DNA of 64,000 nucleotides from Blepharisma stoltei ATCC 30299 (GCA_965603825.1 CBFDEM010000001.1:62001-126000), one strand, 5' to 3'. Shown: positions 43,911 to 57,674, numbered from the stretch's first letter. Program-made: numbers and translations. Notes: generated from the sequence alone by a model not told the origin.

Positions 43911-46900
43911 ATGAAATCTGGACTAATTTATTCTTTAGTTTTTTCAGATCGTCCAATCTCAACTTCTAGTAGACTTATATTTTAGTGCAGATACAGATCT
44001 CGAGCTAAAGTCATATATACATGGTAAAATCAATCAAAATTATCAAAATCAGATAGAAATCAGAAAGGGCCTAATAAACTCGGCAATCGATTTGAATAAT
44101 TTTACAAAAAGTCCAAATATTATTGTAGCTTTAACTTCCAGTACCTCAATTTTAGCATATATAAAAGATTTTGCAGTTGAAAATCATATAATTTTGATTT
44201 TACTTCAGGAGTTTTCTAGCTCTTTTAACGACTGGCAATTCTTTAGCCATTTGTCTTGGCAGGATCATAAAACTGCCCTTAGCTCTTCCATTTTTAACTG
44301 TAAAAATAAATCATATATTAATAGAAAAAGAATTTATTGTAGTAAACTTTAGAGAATTAAAAATTAACTTCTTATTAAAAATTTTATATCGGTAATCCTA
44401 ATTGTGAAAAGCATTAATAATATAGCGCGGAAATGCTTTTAACATACCTTAAGCTTGCAGATGCTGAGAAACCTGGAATTTTGATTGCCACCTTTATCAC
44501 CTTTAGTGGAAGCTTAGCTCAAAATTTACAGAAGCTTATCTTATATATATAGATAAGCGAACTAGAGTTATCTTTAGAAAAAGTTAGCTGTTTAGTAACT
44601 TTTTTTAATTGAGACCAATTTTTAATAATTTAGAGCAATTTGGATGAGAACTTTAAAGGCATATTCTCCTCAGTTAAAGAATTCAATGTTTTCCATTTTT
44701 CAGAAACCAACGATAAAAACCTAGTTGATTTATTTGTTGGCAAAAAGATTAAACCGACAGGAATCAGGAATTGGTCATTTTAAATCAGGGAGAAACGACC
44801 GATAAACTATTAGAAAGCCTTGTGGATAAAAGTATTTATCAAAGCGGAAGTGGGATTATTTTAGGAAGTCGTAGTATATAGAATATAATATTAGATGGAG
44901 TAGTGAGCTATACTGAATCATGCTTAGAAAATGCCACAGATAATAGCTTTAGCAATTGTAAAAGTATTGGATTTGATACTTAGCTTTTCAGATTATTCTA
45001 ATGCTTTAGCTCTTAGATCATTTTTAGAGAGGAATACAGTCAATCATTATTTACCTGGAAATTTTACTGTAATAAACATCCAAAATTCCCAAAAAGTCAA
45101 CATTGGTAGTATTTTACAAGGCTCCTTAACATTTTCTAGCAATCCAATATTTCCAGGAAATTCCACCCTTATTCCCAATTCCCCATATACAAATGTCTCC
45201 TTATGAATTGGAGATGGGGCCACAAATCCTCTTGGAGTTCCTGATAGTTCTTTCACTGTAGTCAAGGATGGTGCGGAATACGCCTTTAAGACTGCAGAAG
45301 ACACCCATTTTCTTGATGGTTTTAAAATTGTCTTTGTCCACATAGACTGTGGAGCCGAAGCATACGATCCGACATTTTCTCTAAATTATTTTAAAAAATT
45401 AGTAAATGTGCCAGGATTTGTGCATCTAGTGCATTCATTCGCAACTACTGCCTTAGGCGACATCATTTCAATGCGTGCACTAAACATTACAAAACCTATT
45501 GTAGCCGATCACGTAACTTTTGGAGCCCTTTCACATAAAAAAGATTACCCTTTATTTGTAAAAATAGCTAGGAATGATGTCTATAGGAATAGCGTTTTAG
45601 CTGACCTAGTAGTCATTTTTGGGTGGAAAAATGTTATTATAGTTCCAGAAAATAATACACCCAGCATACAAACTTGTGCTTATCTAAAAAAGCGCATGGA
45701 AGCTGCCAATGTCAAAGTGGTAAATAAGCTTGAAGATACGATGATTATGGATAATTACAATCATAATTTTTTTGATGAGCATAAAGATAAATGATTGGCC
45801 TGCTAAAGTACGAAACTAGACCGATTATTTTAGCTGTGACTCCTCCATCTATTTTTTATTATACAGAAGACTTATACAATGTAGGAATTCGAAGGGGAGA
45901 CCTGATTATTATGATTCCGAGTAAAACTGCGTTTTTATATACAACTATGCCTATTAAGCCTATGCTGGATAAAATGTCAGAACTTTTATATGGAGGAATT
46001 ACTACATGTGAAGCTGAGTGGATTGGAGAATTTGGCAAAAATCAGCTGAAGGGATTTAAAAAAGCTTACCCATACATTAATGATGATTTCAGGTGTTTTT
46101 CAGTTGATTCAGGGTGGCTGATCCTAAATGCGCTGAAATTTACAATTGATCAAGGAGAAGATATTTATGATCCTTATGTGTTTAATACTCGCTTAAGACA
46201 GCAACGATTTTTAGGCTGCTCTGGAATAGTTTCTATTAGTTCTCAGTCTAATGATAGGAATTCTGCGCCAATTGGAATTTATAATTTTAGATATGACAGT
46301 GTTAATGATATTTTATATGAAATAATGATATCGTCTTATGATCAAGGAAGTTTACAGCTGTTTACGATTTATGAAAACATGAATTGGTATGATAATACCA
46401 CAAATACACCATCAGATATTGTAAAAAGTGAAAATGGCTGCCCGTTTAAGGACAGTCAAATTGAGTACTCAGTAAAAGGTGCTGGAATGTTCTATGGAAT
46501 TGCTTTTCGAATTACTATAAATACAATGTTTTTAACTTTTTATATTTGAAAAAGGTGGTGGAATTTAGAAATTCAAGAAATAACTGAGTCAAGGTAAATT
46601 CAATTTGAACGCCTTCATGGATTTTTCTACAATGTTTTGCTATGCATTTTAATATTTATTTGTATGAAAAAGAAGCCTTATAATGAAAGCCGCATGAACC
46701 TTTGGCAAATAATTTCATATTTAGCCATTTTATGAAGCGTGGCTTTGTCTTCTTTGTATTAGATAATTCCAACAAATATAATGGAAGCTTGAATTATATC
46801 AGAATATTTAGGCTGGATTATTTTAATTTCTATAGGGTTTTATATTCAGAAACATTATTGCCCAACTATGCTTTTTAATGAGCCTGAAATAAATATTGTA

Positions 46901-47080
46901 AAACTGTTTAGATTTTCTTTAGGTAAATCTATAGAAGCTTCTGAAATTAACAAAGATCTTGAAGAAAAAAGAAATAAGTATAACTTGCACTTAAGTAGCT
47001 CTAGAATGTTTCTCGATGCCAGTAGCGCTGAACATCATTCTATATATGGAAAAGAATTAAAAGTTTTAGAAAGTTATTAA
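43911..47080 (+). pseudogene. Receptor-family copy L: frameshifts, TAG/TAA stops, a 305-bp insertion and a ~0.6-kb deletion in the TM domain
   Basis: Extra T at ~43940, insertion at 44285-44589 and stops at ~44630, ~44880 and ~46595. QFE is joined directly to ALHG at ~46610. Confidence 0.9.
44285..44589. mobile_element. 305-bp IES-like or MITE-like insertion with TTAGCT direct repeats
   Basis: TTAGCT at 44279-44284 and 44584-44589. Paralogs M and J have a single CTTAG(C/T)TGTTTAG at this site. Confidence 0.7.
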
Positions 47081-47395
47081 CTTCAGATTTTATTAATTTT
47101 ATAATTATCAATAATTCTTTAATTATCAATGAGCTTTATATATGATAATTGAGTAGACAGACCGAAGATGAGTTTGATCATTTTTATAGGATAATCTATA
47201 ATTTTTAAAATGTGAAGATTTTATAATTAAAATTTTGATCAAAAGTTGTGAAAGAAAATAGATTTTTGATTAAAATTATAAAATCTAATAATAGAGTTGG
47301 TCCATAATAGTATTATCTTTATTTTATTTATCTAGTTTAGCTTACATATAAATTCCTAAATATTAACTATAAATTTCATTATTTTTTTTGCTTTA

Positions 47396-47600
47396 AAATA
47401 AAAGTTTGACAAAATTGAGAGTCTAATAAATTTGCATTCAAGCTATTTCAGATAAATTTTAAAATTACTTCTATAAGCTTTTTAATTAAAATAAATAAAA
47501 GTTTGACAAAATTGAGAGTCTAATAAAGAATAAATTTGCATTCAAGCTATTTCAGATACAATTTTAAAATTACTTCTATAAGCTTTTTAATTAAAATAAA
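47396..47600. repeat. Two-copy tandem duplication, period ~97 bp
   Basis: GTTTGACAAAATTGAGAGTCTAATAAA...TTTGCATTCAAGCTATTTCAGATA...CTATAAGCTTTTTAATTAAAATAAA begins at 47404 and again at 47501. The homologous spacer at ~61595-61700 has one copy. Confidence 0.9.
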
Positions 47601-47881
47601 ATAATAAGCTGGCTTTAGTTATTAAGAATCTTTTTAAACAAAAATAATGGGCATTTTAATCAAATTTGCCTCGGTAGCAATTATTCCTAGCTATTTTCCT
47701 AAATAAAGGGTAATTTTACTAAAATGAGTCCCGAATGCGACGCGACGCATTCAGCTGCAATAGGCATTGCAATATTTAATACCCGTATTTTAATGATATC
47801 TCTTAAGGTTAAAATTGGTCCAATTTTATCTAATTAAATAATTATTGAGTTATTTAAAAATCTTTATAGGCTGATATAAAA

Positions 47882-48203
47882 ATGAAAACTGGACTAATTT
47901 TTTCTTAAATTTTTGATTGATTTTTTGCAGACTTATCTTGCAGTACCGACACAGATCTCCTAGTTAAATTCATATATAAATATAAGCTCAACCAAAATTA
48001 TCAAAACCAGATCGAAGTCAGAGTTAGATTGAAAACTTGGATTGATTTTTATCATTACAAAAAATCCAAATATTATTGAAGATTTAACTTTTAGTTTTTC
48101 AATTTTGACATATATTAAAGAGCTTGTGGCTGAAAACCATATAATTCTTGACTTTAATTCAAGATCTTCTTGGTACTTATAATGACCCGCATTATCTTAG
48201 TTA
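47882..48203 (+). pseudogene. Short N-terminal receptor-family relic
   Basis: Degraded MKTGLIFS...KNPNII.DLTFS...AENHII. Closely related to the relics at 38585 and 56935. Confidence 0.75.
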
Positions 48204-48614
48204 GATAAAGTTTTTGGACGAGAAAAAATAGTTTTAATAGCAATTTCTTTTAATTAGGCTCTTAAATTTCAAATTTAAAAAAGACAAGCAAAGCAGTTAT
48301 ATTTAATAAATGGTGTTGTTCTTATTCAACTTATATATAAATGCTATATTGTTAGACTAAAACAATATGAAAATACTGATATGAGCAAATTTTAGCTTAA
48401 ATTTTATTTGAAACATAGCTTCTTTCATAAAGTTTTAATAATTTCTGGTACGATACATTGATTATCAAACATTTACTTTATGTAAAAAAAAGTCCGTTGA
48501 TTATACTAAAAAATAATTTTTATCATTGGTTGACCCGATTCTTTATTCCCAATAAACCCCTATAATTTAAAAAATTACTGAGGAAAATTTAAAAAGTTAA
48601 TGAGATGAATAAAA

Positions 48615-51600
48615 ATGAAATCCGAACTAATTTATCTTTTAATTTTCCAGATCGTCCAATCTCAACTTCTCGTAGACTTGTATTATAGCTCAGATACAGA
48701 TCTCGAATTTAAGTCATATATGCATGAAAAGCTCAATGAAAATTATCAAAGTCAAATAGAAGTCAGAGAAAGCCTTATAAACTCGGCAATTGATTTGAAT
48801 AATTTTACAAAAAGTCCAAATGTTATTGTAAATTTAACTTTCAGCACTTCAATTTTAGCATATATAAAAGATTTTACAGTTGAAAATAATATAATTTTGA
48901 TTTTAATTCAGGAGTTTTCTAGCTCTTATAACGACTGGCAATTTTTTAGCCATTTATCCCAGCAGGACCATAAAACTGCTCTTAGCTGTTTAGTCTCTTT
49001 TTTTAATTGAGACCAATTTTTAATAATTTCGAGCAATTTAGATGAGAACTTTAACGACATATTCTCAGTTAAAAAATTTGATGTTTTCCATTTTTCAGAA
49101 ACCAGTGATAAAAATCTCGTTGATTTATTTGTTGGTAAAAAAATAAAACCGGCAGGGATCAGGAATTTGGTCATTTTAAATCAGGGAGAAACTACTGATA
49201 AATTATTGAAAAGCCTTGTGGATAAAAGTATTTTCCAAAGCGGAAGCGGGATTATTTTAGGAAGCCGCAGCACATGGAATGCAATGTTAGATGGAGTAGT
49301 GAGTTATACTGAGTCAGGCTTAGAAAATGCCACTGATAATTATAGCTATGAAGCTTTAGCAATTGTAAAAATATTGGACTTGATACTTAGCTTTTCAGAT
49401 TATTCTAATGCTTTAGCTCTTAGATCATTTTTAGAGAGGAATACAGTCAATCATTATTTACCTGGAAATTTTACTGTAATAAATATCCAAAATTCCCAAA
49501 AAGTCAATATTGGTAGCATTTCTCAAGGCTCCTTAACATTTGCTAGCAATCCAATATTTCCAGGAAATTCCACCCTTATTCCCAATTCCCCATATACAAA
49601 TGTCTCCCTATGAATTGGAGATGGGGCCACAAATCCTCTTGGAGTTCCTGATAGTTCTTTCACTGTAGTCAAGGATGGTGCGAAATATGCCTTTAAGACT
49701 GCAGAAGACACCCATTTTCTTGATGGTTTTAAAATTGTCCTTGTCCATGTAGACTGTGGAGCCGAAGCATACGATCCGACATTTTCTCTAAATTGTTTTA
49801 AAAAATTAGTAAATGTGCCAGGAATTGTGCATCTGGTGCATCCATTCGCAACTACTGCCTTAGGGGACATTATTTCAATGCGTGCACTAAATATTACAAT
49901 GCCTATTGTAGCTGATCACGTAACCTTCGGAGCCCTTTCAAATAAAACAGAATACCCTTTATTTGTAAAAATAGCTGGGAATGATTTTTATAGGAATAGC
50001 GTTTTAGCTGACTTAGTCGTCATTTTTGGGTGGAAAAATGTAATTATAGTTCCAGAAAATAATACTCCCAGTATACAAACTTGTGCTTATCTAAAAAAGC
50101 GCATGGAAGCAGCCAATGTTAATGTTGTAAATAAGCTTGAAGATACGATGATTATGGATAATTACAACCACAATTATTTTGATGAGCATAAAGATAAAAT
50201 GATTGGCCTGCTAAAGTACAAAACTAGACCGATTATTTTAGCTGTTACTCCTCCATCTATTTTTTATTATACAGAAGACTTATACAATGTAGGAATTCGT
50301 CGGGGAGACCTGATTATTATGGTCCCGAGTAAAATTGCGTTTGCATATACAACTATGCCTATTAAGACTATGCTGGATAAAATGTCAGAACTTTTATATG
50401 GAGGAATTACTACATGTGAAGCTGAGTGAATTGGAGAATTTGGCCAAAATCAACTTAAAGGATTTAAAAAAGCTTACCCATACATTAATGATGATTTCAG
50501 GTGTTTTTCACTTGATTCAGGGTGGCTGGTACTAAATGCGCTGAAATTTACAATTGATCAAGGAGAAGATATTTATGATCCTTATGTGTTTAACACTCAC
50601 TTAAGACAGCAAAGGTTTTTAGGCTGCTCCGGGATTGTTTCTATTAGTTCTCAGTCGAATGATAGGAATTCAGCACCGATTGGGATTAATAATTTTAGAT
50701 ATGACAGTGTAAATGATATTTTATATGAAAAAATGATAGGGGCTTATGATCAAGGAAGTTTACAGCTGTTTACGTTTTATGAAGACATGAATTGGTATGA
50801 TAATACAACAAATACACCACCAGATATTGTAAAAAGTGAAAATGGCTGTCCGTTTAAGGACAGTCAAGTTGAGTACTCAGTAAAAGGTGCTGGAATGTTT
50901 TATGGAATTGCTTTTGGAATTACTATAAATACAATGTTTTTGACTTTTTATATATTAAAAAGGTGGTGGAATTTAGAAGTTAATGCAATAACTGAGAAAA
51001 GGCAAATTCAATTTGAAGATTACATAGCAATGGTCATCATTTTAGTAGATTTTTTGCAGTTTTTATCAGTTGGGCCAGATATACAGAATTATGATATTTT
51101 TACTTATACACTAACTCATATTGCTTCTATCAATTTTATGAGTGAAGGGAAATACCTATGAATCCATTTATATTTTGCTATAGGTGGCCTTTGTGCATGG
51201 CTTTTGTTTGGGATAACTCATATTTTTCGTATTGGAGAAAATTTAAATAATAGCTTTATCGATTGTTGAAAGATCTTATCGAAATTATCATTACCTATTC
51301 TTGGAAATGCACTATTTTTACCAATTGTGTCAGTATTTTTAAATGTAATTCAATGCGATCAACAAATTGGCTCAAAGTTGACCGACACTTTTGTGAGAAA
51401 AGATTGCAACACTTTTTGCTGAAAAGACGAGCATATTTTATGGGCAACCCTCTCTATAATTTGCTTAATTCTATATTTGCCTTTTGCAATTTATTTAAAG
51501 CCTCATTGGGACTTCTATGAAGATTTTATCAATATAAAAACGCGACCACTTTTTTTGATGGCGAAAAGTGTTTTCCAAGTCAGCATTATTGCTCTCAATA

Positions 51601-52085
51601 AAACAGTAAAGCCGCAAAGCCAAGCCCTTCATGGACTCTTCTACAGTGTTTTATTATGTATTTTAATATTTATTTGTATGAAAAAGAAGCCTTATAATGA
51701 AAGCCGCATGAACCTTTGGCAAATAATTTCATATTTAGCCATTTTGTGGAGTGTAGGCTTGTCTTCTTTATATTGAATAATTCCAATAAGGATGCCGGAT
51801 GCTTGAATATTATCAGAATATTTAGGCTGAATTTTTTTAATTATTGTTGGGCTTTATATTCAGAAAAATTATTGCCCAAGTATGCTTTTTAATGAGCCTG
51901 GAATAAATATTGTAAAACTGTTTAGATTTTCTTTAGGAAAATCAATAGAAGCTTCTGAAATCAATAAAGACCTTAAAGAAAAAAGAAATAAGTATAGCAT
52001 GCACTTAAGCACCTCTAGAAATTTTCTCAGTAGTTCTGCACATCATACTATTTATGGAAAAGAATTAAAAGTTTTTGAAGTTTAA
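48615..52085 (+). CDS. Receptor-family copy M, 1156 aa
   Basis: All ORF pieces share one frame with TGA=W. Ends at TAA. Confidence 0.9.
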
Positions 52086-53210
52086 TAATTACTTTATAAA
52101 ATTATTTTCGATTTTATTAATTTTATAATTGTCTTAAAATCTCAGTTTGGGCTACCTTAGGGATATCTGATATTTTAATCTAATGAAAACTAGGGTCTCA
52201 GCTTTAGAAATTAATAAACTGAACAAAGAAGTTGTCCAAAGTAGTGACATTGTTGAAGAAAAATTGCCAAAATCTTAACAACCAAACCCGCTTTTCGATT
52301 GAAAAGGATGACCTAGTTTCAGAATAAAATTATCTTTTAGTGATAAAATTTATTAGTTTATAATTTCCAAATAATAATTATATTGCGAATATAAACACTT
52401 CAAAATTAAATATACTGCTAGATTTTGTTAGCTAAACGAATTTTAATTATTTTTTCGTTAGATCAATATTTAATTAATAATTTTTACAAAATCTATCAAT
52501 GAATTAATCATAGGTTTAAATTTAGGTAGCCTGCCACTTGGTTTCGTTTCTTTAATCTTATTTTAATATATTCCAGATTTGATTAATTCTATCATTTGCT
52601 GGGTTCTTATTGTTTAATTCTAAACTTTTCTTTATCGCCTTGTAGCAGCTATTATATTTAGCATTTTATGTTGGTTAATTAAAATTTTGACCTCCACTGA
52701 CTTAGGAATACACAGCTGCATGAATTTTTTTATTCTTCGATAGATAACTATATTAATGTTTTATCCATAACAACTTGCTTAAAGCTGGTTATTTTTTAGC
52801 TCCTAAGAACTTAATTGATATTATTGCCATTCAGAATGCCTAGCTTTTATAAAAATTTCTAAATGATCGGGAAGGCTTTGTGATTCTCTCAATCTTTCTT
52901 TTAGTAAGTTATTTGGGTAGACCTAAAGTAAAATCAAAACCTGAATTAAAACATTAATTATTTATCACAACAATATAAAAACAATATAATCTATCTAACT
53001 CATCTCTTTTGAATAAATACTTGATTTAAACCAATTATCTATATATTAAAAATCTGTTCATAGTTTATTATAATTCTATCGCTTACTAATTTCTCTTTAC
53101 ATTTTATTCACAAATTGATTATCTTAAAGGCACATGAATTTTAACTAATATTTTTTAGCTTTATTGATATAATTTCCATATATTACTTAATTCTTTGGCT
53201 AATATAATTA

Positions 53211-56200
53211 ATGATTTTGGCAATATTGCTTATACATATAGCTTCATGCTCGCCACTAGTTATTATTGCAATAAGCCAGCATAGCAGCCAAAGCCTGATA
53301 AACAAAATAATTGACTCTTTCCAAAGCTCCAGTTTGAATTTCATAGAAGTAAAATTATCAAAAATAATCCAAGAAGATTCTCTTGACAGCTTTATGGGAG
53401 AAAATAGCATTATAATCGATGCCACTTACGATATCTTTTTACAAGTAAAGCTTTCTGAAGCTGCAAAATTAAATTCTGCTGTACATATAATAGTTCGAGA
53501 GCCATTTGAAAAATTTTCTGACTGGGACTTTTTTACACTGCTTCCTATGCGAGCTCACTATGAAGCTATAAGTAGCTTTTTACTTTATCTAAATTGGTAC
53601 CAATATAATTTGATTTATAGTGATTCAGCGAATGCAATAAAGCTCAATAGTCTATTTTATTGAGAAATAAATAAAAAGCAGGACTTTTGCTATTCAAATG
53701 ATAGAAACGAAGATGCCACTGATTATTTTATTGGAAAAGAGGTAAAAACAACAGGATTAAAAAATGCTGTTATTATAAATGAAGGAGAAGGAGCAAAGAA
53801 GTTAATAAGGTCATTCATAAAAAATAAAATTTACATTAAAAACGCAGGAATAGTATTATGAAGCAAAGGCATATGAGGGGCAGAAGAAGAAGGACTTATA
53901 ATTATAGTGCAAGAGGGTCTTGAATTTGTAAAAAATTCAGATGAATATGAAGCTGCTTCAGTGTTAAATTTTCTTGAAAAAATATATACCCTGTCGGAAT
54001 CAACTTTTGTAATTAAAAAATACTTAGAATCAGAAAGAGGAAACTATAGATTTTCTATTGTCAATATCCAAAACGCCAAGAGAGTAATAATTGGAACCAT
54101 TTTTAATGGCCAAGTTAATCTATTCAAAACTCCACTATTTCCTGGAAACACATATGATTTTCCTGATTCAAGCAATTCAAAGATAAAAATATCGATTTCT
54201 GATGGTATTACAAATTATGACGGGGTTGTTCACAGAGGCACATGAATTATAAGGATTCCAACGCTATATGCGATCAATTATGCGAACAAAACAAACCTAA
54301 TTAAAAATTTTTCATTAGAACTGCATGAAACTGATTGCAGCGCAGAGTATTATGAACACGATTTTTCATATAATTGCTTTTTAAATCAGAAAGAAAAGTT
54401 TGGAGTCATTTTCATACCGTCAATTCATGATGAAGTATGCTTAGGGACCATTAGTGATTTCAGAGAAATGGGATTAAAAATTCCTATACTTGGGGATTTT
54501 TGCCTTTCTCCTGCTCTTAATGACCAAAGCCAATTCCCTGAATTTGCCCGAGTGGTAAAAGGTTTTGAGCTCCATTCCGCGACAATGGCCCACATGATGA
54601 GGATTTTTGGCTGGAAAAATGTGGTTGTCATGTATGAAAACACGACCTTAGGAATTACCCTATACAAAGGCTTTATGAATGTAGCAAATGTAAATGGGAT
54701 AAAGGTCCTAAATGACGAAGATAAAAGAATGATCAAGGCTTCTTATTCTGGTAAAGATTTTGAAGAATATAAAGGCCATCTTACCCATGCGATCCAAACA
54801 AATGGTAGAATATTTGCTCTTTTCGTGTTTGTTGATCTTTCGAGCCATTTCTATTTAACATCCCATTTATATGATTTAGGACTAAGAAGGGGCGATGCTA
54901 TTTTTTTGTTTTACCAGACTATTTCGTGGTTTCCCTACTATGCAGTTGGCCTAGAAGCAGAAGTTATTTCTAAATGTAAAGAGCTATATTATGGGTCGCT
55001 AACTTTTTTCCAAGCTGAGTGAATTGGAGATTTTGGGAAGCAAGCTTATGAAGGCATCAAAAAATGATGGGGTAGTTCTCCTGTGTCCTATCATTGCCAC
55101 GCTTTTAACACTGGGTGGCTTGCCATAAATGCGATTAATACTTTAATCCAGTTTGGAGAAGATTACACAGACCGTGATACTCTTCTAAAATCAATCAGGA
55201 GGCAAAAGATCATCAGCTGCACCGGAAAATTAGTAATGTCACCTACTGCAAATGAGCCTGGAGAGATGATCGTGGGGATTAACAACCTGATACCTAATTC
55301 CACAACTGGGGTATGGGAAGATTTTCCAGTCGGCTCTTATTCAATTATGAGAAACCCGGTGCTGACTTTTGACCAAAATATTATTTGGCCTGATGGTGGA
55401 TCTAATCCTCCTAGTGACATCAGAGTAAATTCACTTAATTGCCCATTTTCCTATAAGCAGATTCAAGACTCTGACAAAGGGGAAGCTATATATTATAGTA
55501 TCATTGCATTTTGGACTACTTTAGGTTTGGCAACATCATTAATTTATATGTCAAAGTATTGGAGCTCATCATTTCCTATTATTCAGGATAAAAGAGAAAT
55601 AAAATTCCGAGATTGATTAGCTGCTTTTAGTTTATTGATAGAGACCTTACAACTTTTAACTTTAAGTCCTGAATTTATTTATTCAAAAATTTCTAATGGT
55701 TTTGATTATATATCAGGAAATTTAGCAAATACCACAACATATGACAGTAAAATTTTCTGACCAGGAATTTATACAGCCTTAATAGTCTGCTTGGTGACGC
55801 TAACTTTTAACCTGTTATTAATTTTTAAAATTGAAGAAAAAAGCAGACTCTCTTTTTTTGTAGTAGCTTGCGGGGTTTCAAAAGAGCTGCTGCCACATAT
55901 TAGCAACTTATTCTTCATCCCTGTCATAAATTCTCTGTTTTCTCTATTCCGATGCACAAAAGGAACAAGTCTGAATGTCCTTGACTCATTTTTATATGGC
56001 GACTGCAATTATTTCTGCTGGCAAGATTTACATTTACTTTTTGCAGTTCTTGCTTTAATTTCCTTGCTTTTTTTTATTCCTAGTGCAATCTTATGGAGAC
56101 CTTATTATGAATCTCTTAGCTCTGATAAAAATATTTATTGCAATGAGCATTATTTAATCGCAAAAAGCACCATTCAAATAGTTGCGATTACTTTAAAATC

Positions 56201-56645
56201 AACTATAGGGAATTACAGTAATTCCTTACATGGCCTTTTGTACATTTTCTGTCTCACGCTTTTTTTAGCTTATTCGATTTTCTATAAACCTTATAATTAT
56301 AATAGAATGAACTTATGAGCCCTACTTTCAATTCTGGCAGTAATGTGGAGCTCAATTCTATCGTCTATTTATTCATTAGCTAACAGCAGCATCTTTATAT
56401 GAGTACCTTTATTAATCTTTGGGTGACTATGTTTAGCTGTTTTTGGGTATGCCTTTCAGGAAAGATTTTATCCGAGCTTTTTGTACTCTGTGCATGGAAA
56501 GGATATCAGCTTGCTTTTCAAGTTTGAATTTTCAACAAGAATTACACTGGATGAAGTTTTTGGGGCTGTGAAGAATAAATATTCAATGATAGACTCCAGC
56601 AGTCGATTTGACTTGGCTAATAGGGATTTGAGCTCTATAAGTTAG
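53211..56645 (+). CDS. Receptor-family copy N, a divergent member, 1144 aa
   Basis: Pieces 53211, 53907, 54468, 55083 and 55791 share one frame with TGA=W and end at TAG 56643-56645. It retains IFGWKNV, RRGD, QAEW, CPF, DC...CW..H and KPYNYNRMNLW. Confidence 0.85.
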
Positions 56646-56934
56646 GATAGCAGGTAAATAAATTTATAACTATAGGGAAATAAATGGATTTGCTAAAATA
56701 AATAATTTGTGAAAATTAGAGCTTAGCGATTATTTAAAATTATTTGAAGCTCCCTGTTGTTTTTTCTTAAGTTTTTTTTCTTCCAATCTTAATTCCTTCG
56801 CCTCCTACTGTATATTTCAGTCCCTTTCGCCAGATTGGAGAGCAATGGGATGCTCACCATGCCACGCGCCAAATAAGATTGCACTTACAGAAAATACTAA
56901 AAACGAATTTTCTGGAGCATTATCTATGAGTTCT

Positions 56935-57026
56935 TATATTAAAGAGTTTTTGGCTGAAAACCATATAATTCTGACTTTAATTCAAGACCTCCCGAGTGCT
57001 TATAATGACCTGCATTATTTTAGTTA
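56935..57026 (+). pseudogene. Tail end of an N-terminal receptor relic; start of a duplicated spacer
   Basis: YIKEFLAENHIILTLIQDLPSAYND matches 48110-48203, and the downstream spacer matches 48205-48615. Confidence 0.7.
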
Positions 57027-57167
57027 GATAAAGTTTTTAATTAGACCCTTAAATTTTAAATTTCAATAAGAAAAGCAAAGCAACTATATTTAATAAATGG
57101 TGTTGTCATTATTCAACTTATATATAAATGCTATATAGTTAGACTAAAAGAATATGAAAATACCGCT

Positions 57168-57674
57168 ATGAGCAAATTTAGCTTAAATTTTATTTGAAAA
57201 TATATAACCGGATTAAAATTTTGGTTGAAAGTCCCAAATGGAACCAAAAATGATCATCAGACAACTTTACACTCTACGACGAAGAAAACGAATACAGAAC
57301 CGTCATCTTTGAAAACGCAGGTATTGGAGCATAAAAGAAAAGTCAAATTCTTATTAGGCTTTACCCTGAAAAAAGGAGAAAATTATATCGAAGTTTGTTT
57401 GTTGAAATTTGACCACGAAGCAAAAAGATCATCCATTACAGGGTGGGGCAACAACCATAAAGCCATGAAACGGCAATTTACTATCAATTTAATCAAGAAT
57501 GAATGAGAAGTTTTTACTACTAGGCCCAAAAAATCGTATAAGTATACTGATGGATTATTTGCAAGAGATTTTTGTTTTTGGATGATTCAGAAAGCTATCC
57601 ACTATTGAAATAGAATAATTTTAACCCAAAGAATTGCAGCAGCTCCAGAAATTCTACCAGAAGGTCCCATTTAA
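57168..57674 (+). other. 168-codon open frame (TGA=W) spanning a ~470-bp insertion in the spacer upstream of copy O
   Basis: 57203-57670 is absent from the homologous spacers (~48410, ~39410). The frame is open from ATG 57168 to TAA 57672-57674. No recognisable domain. Confidence 0.45.
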
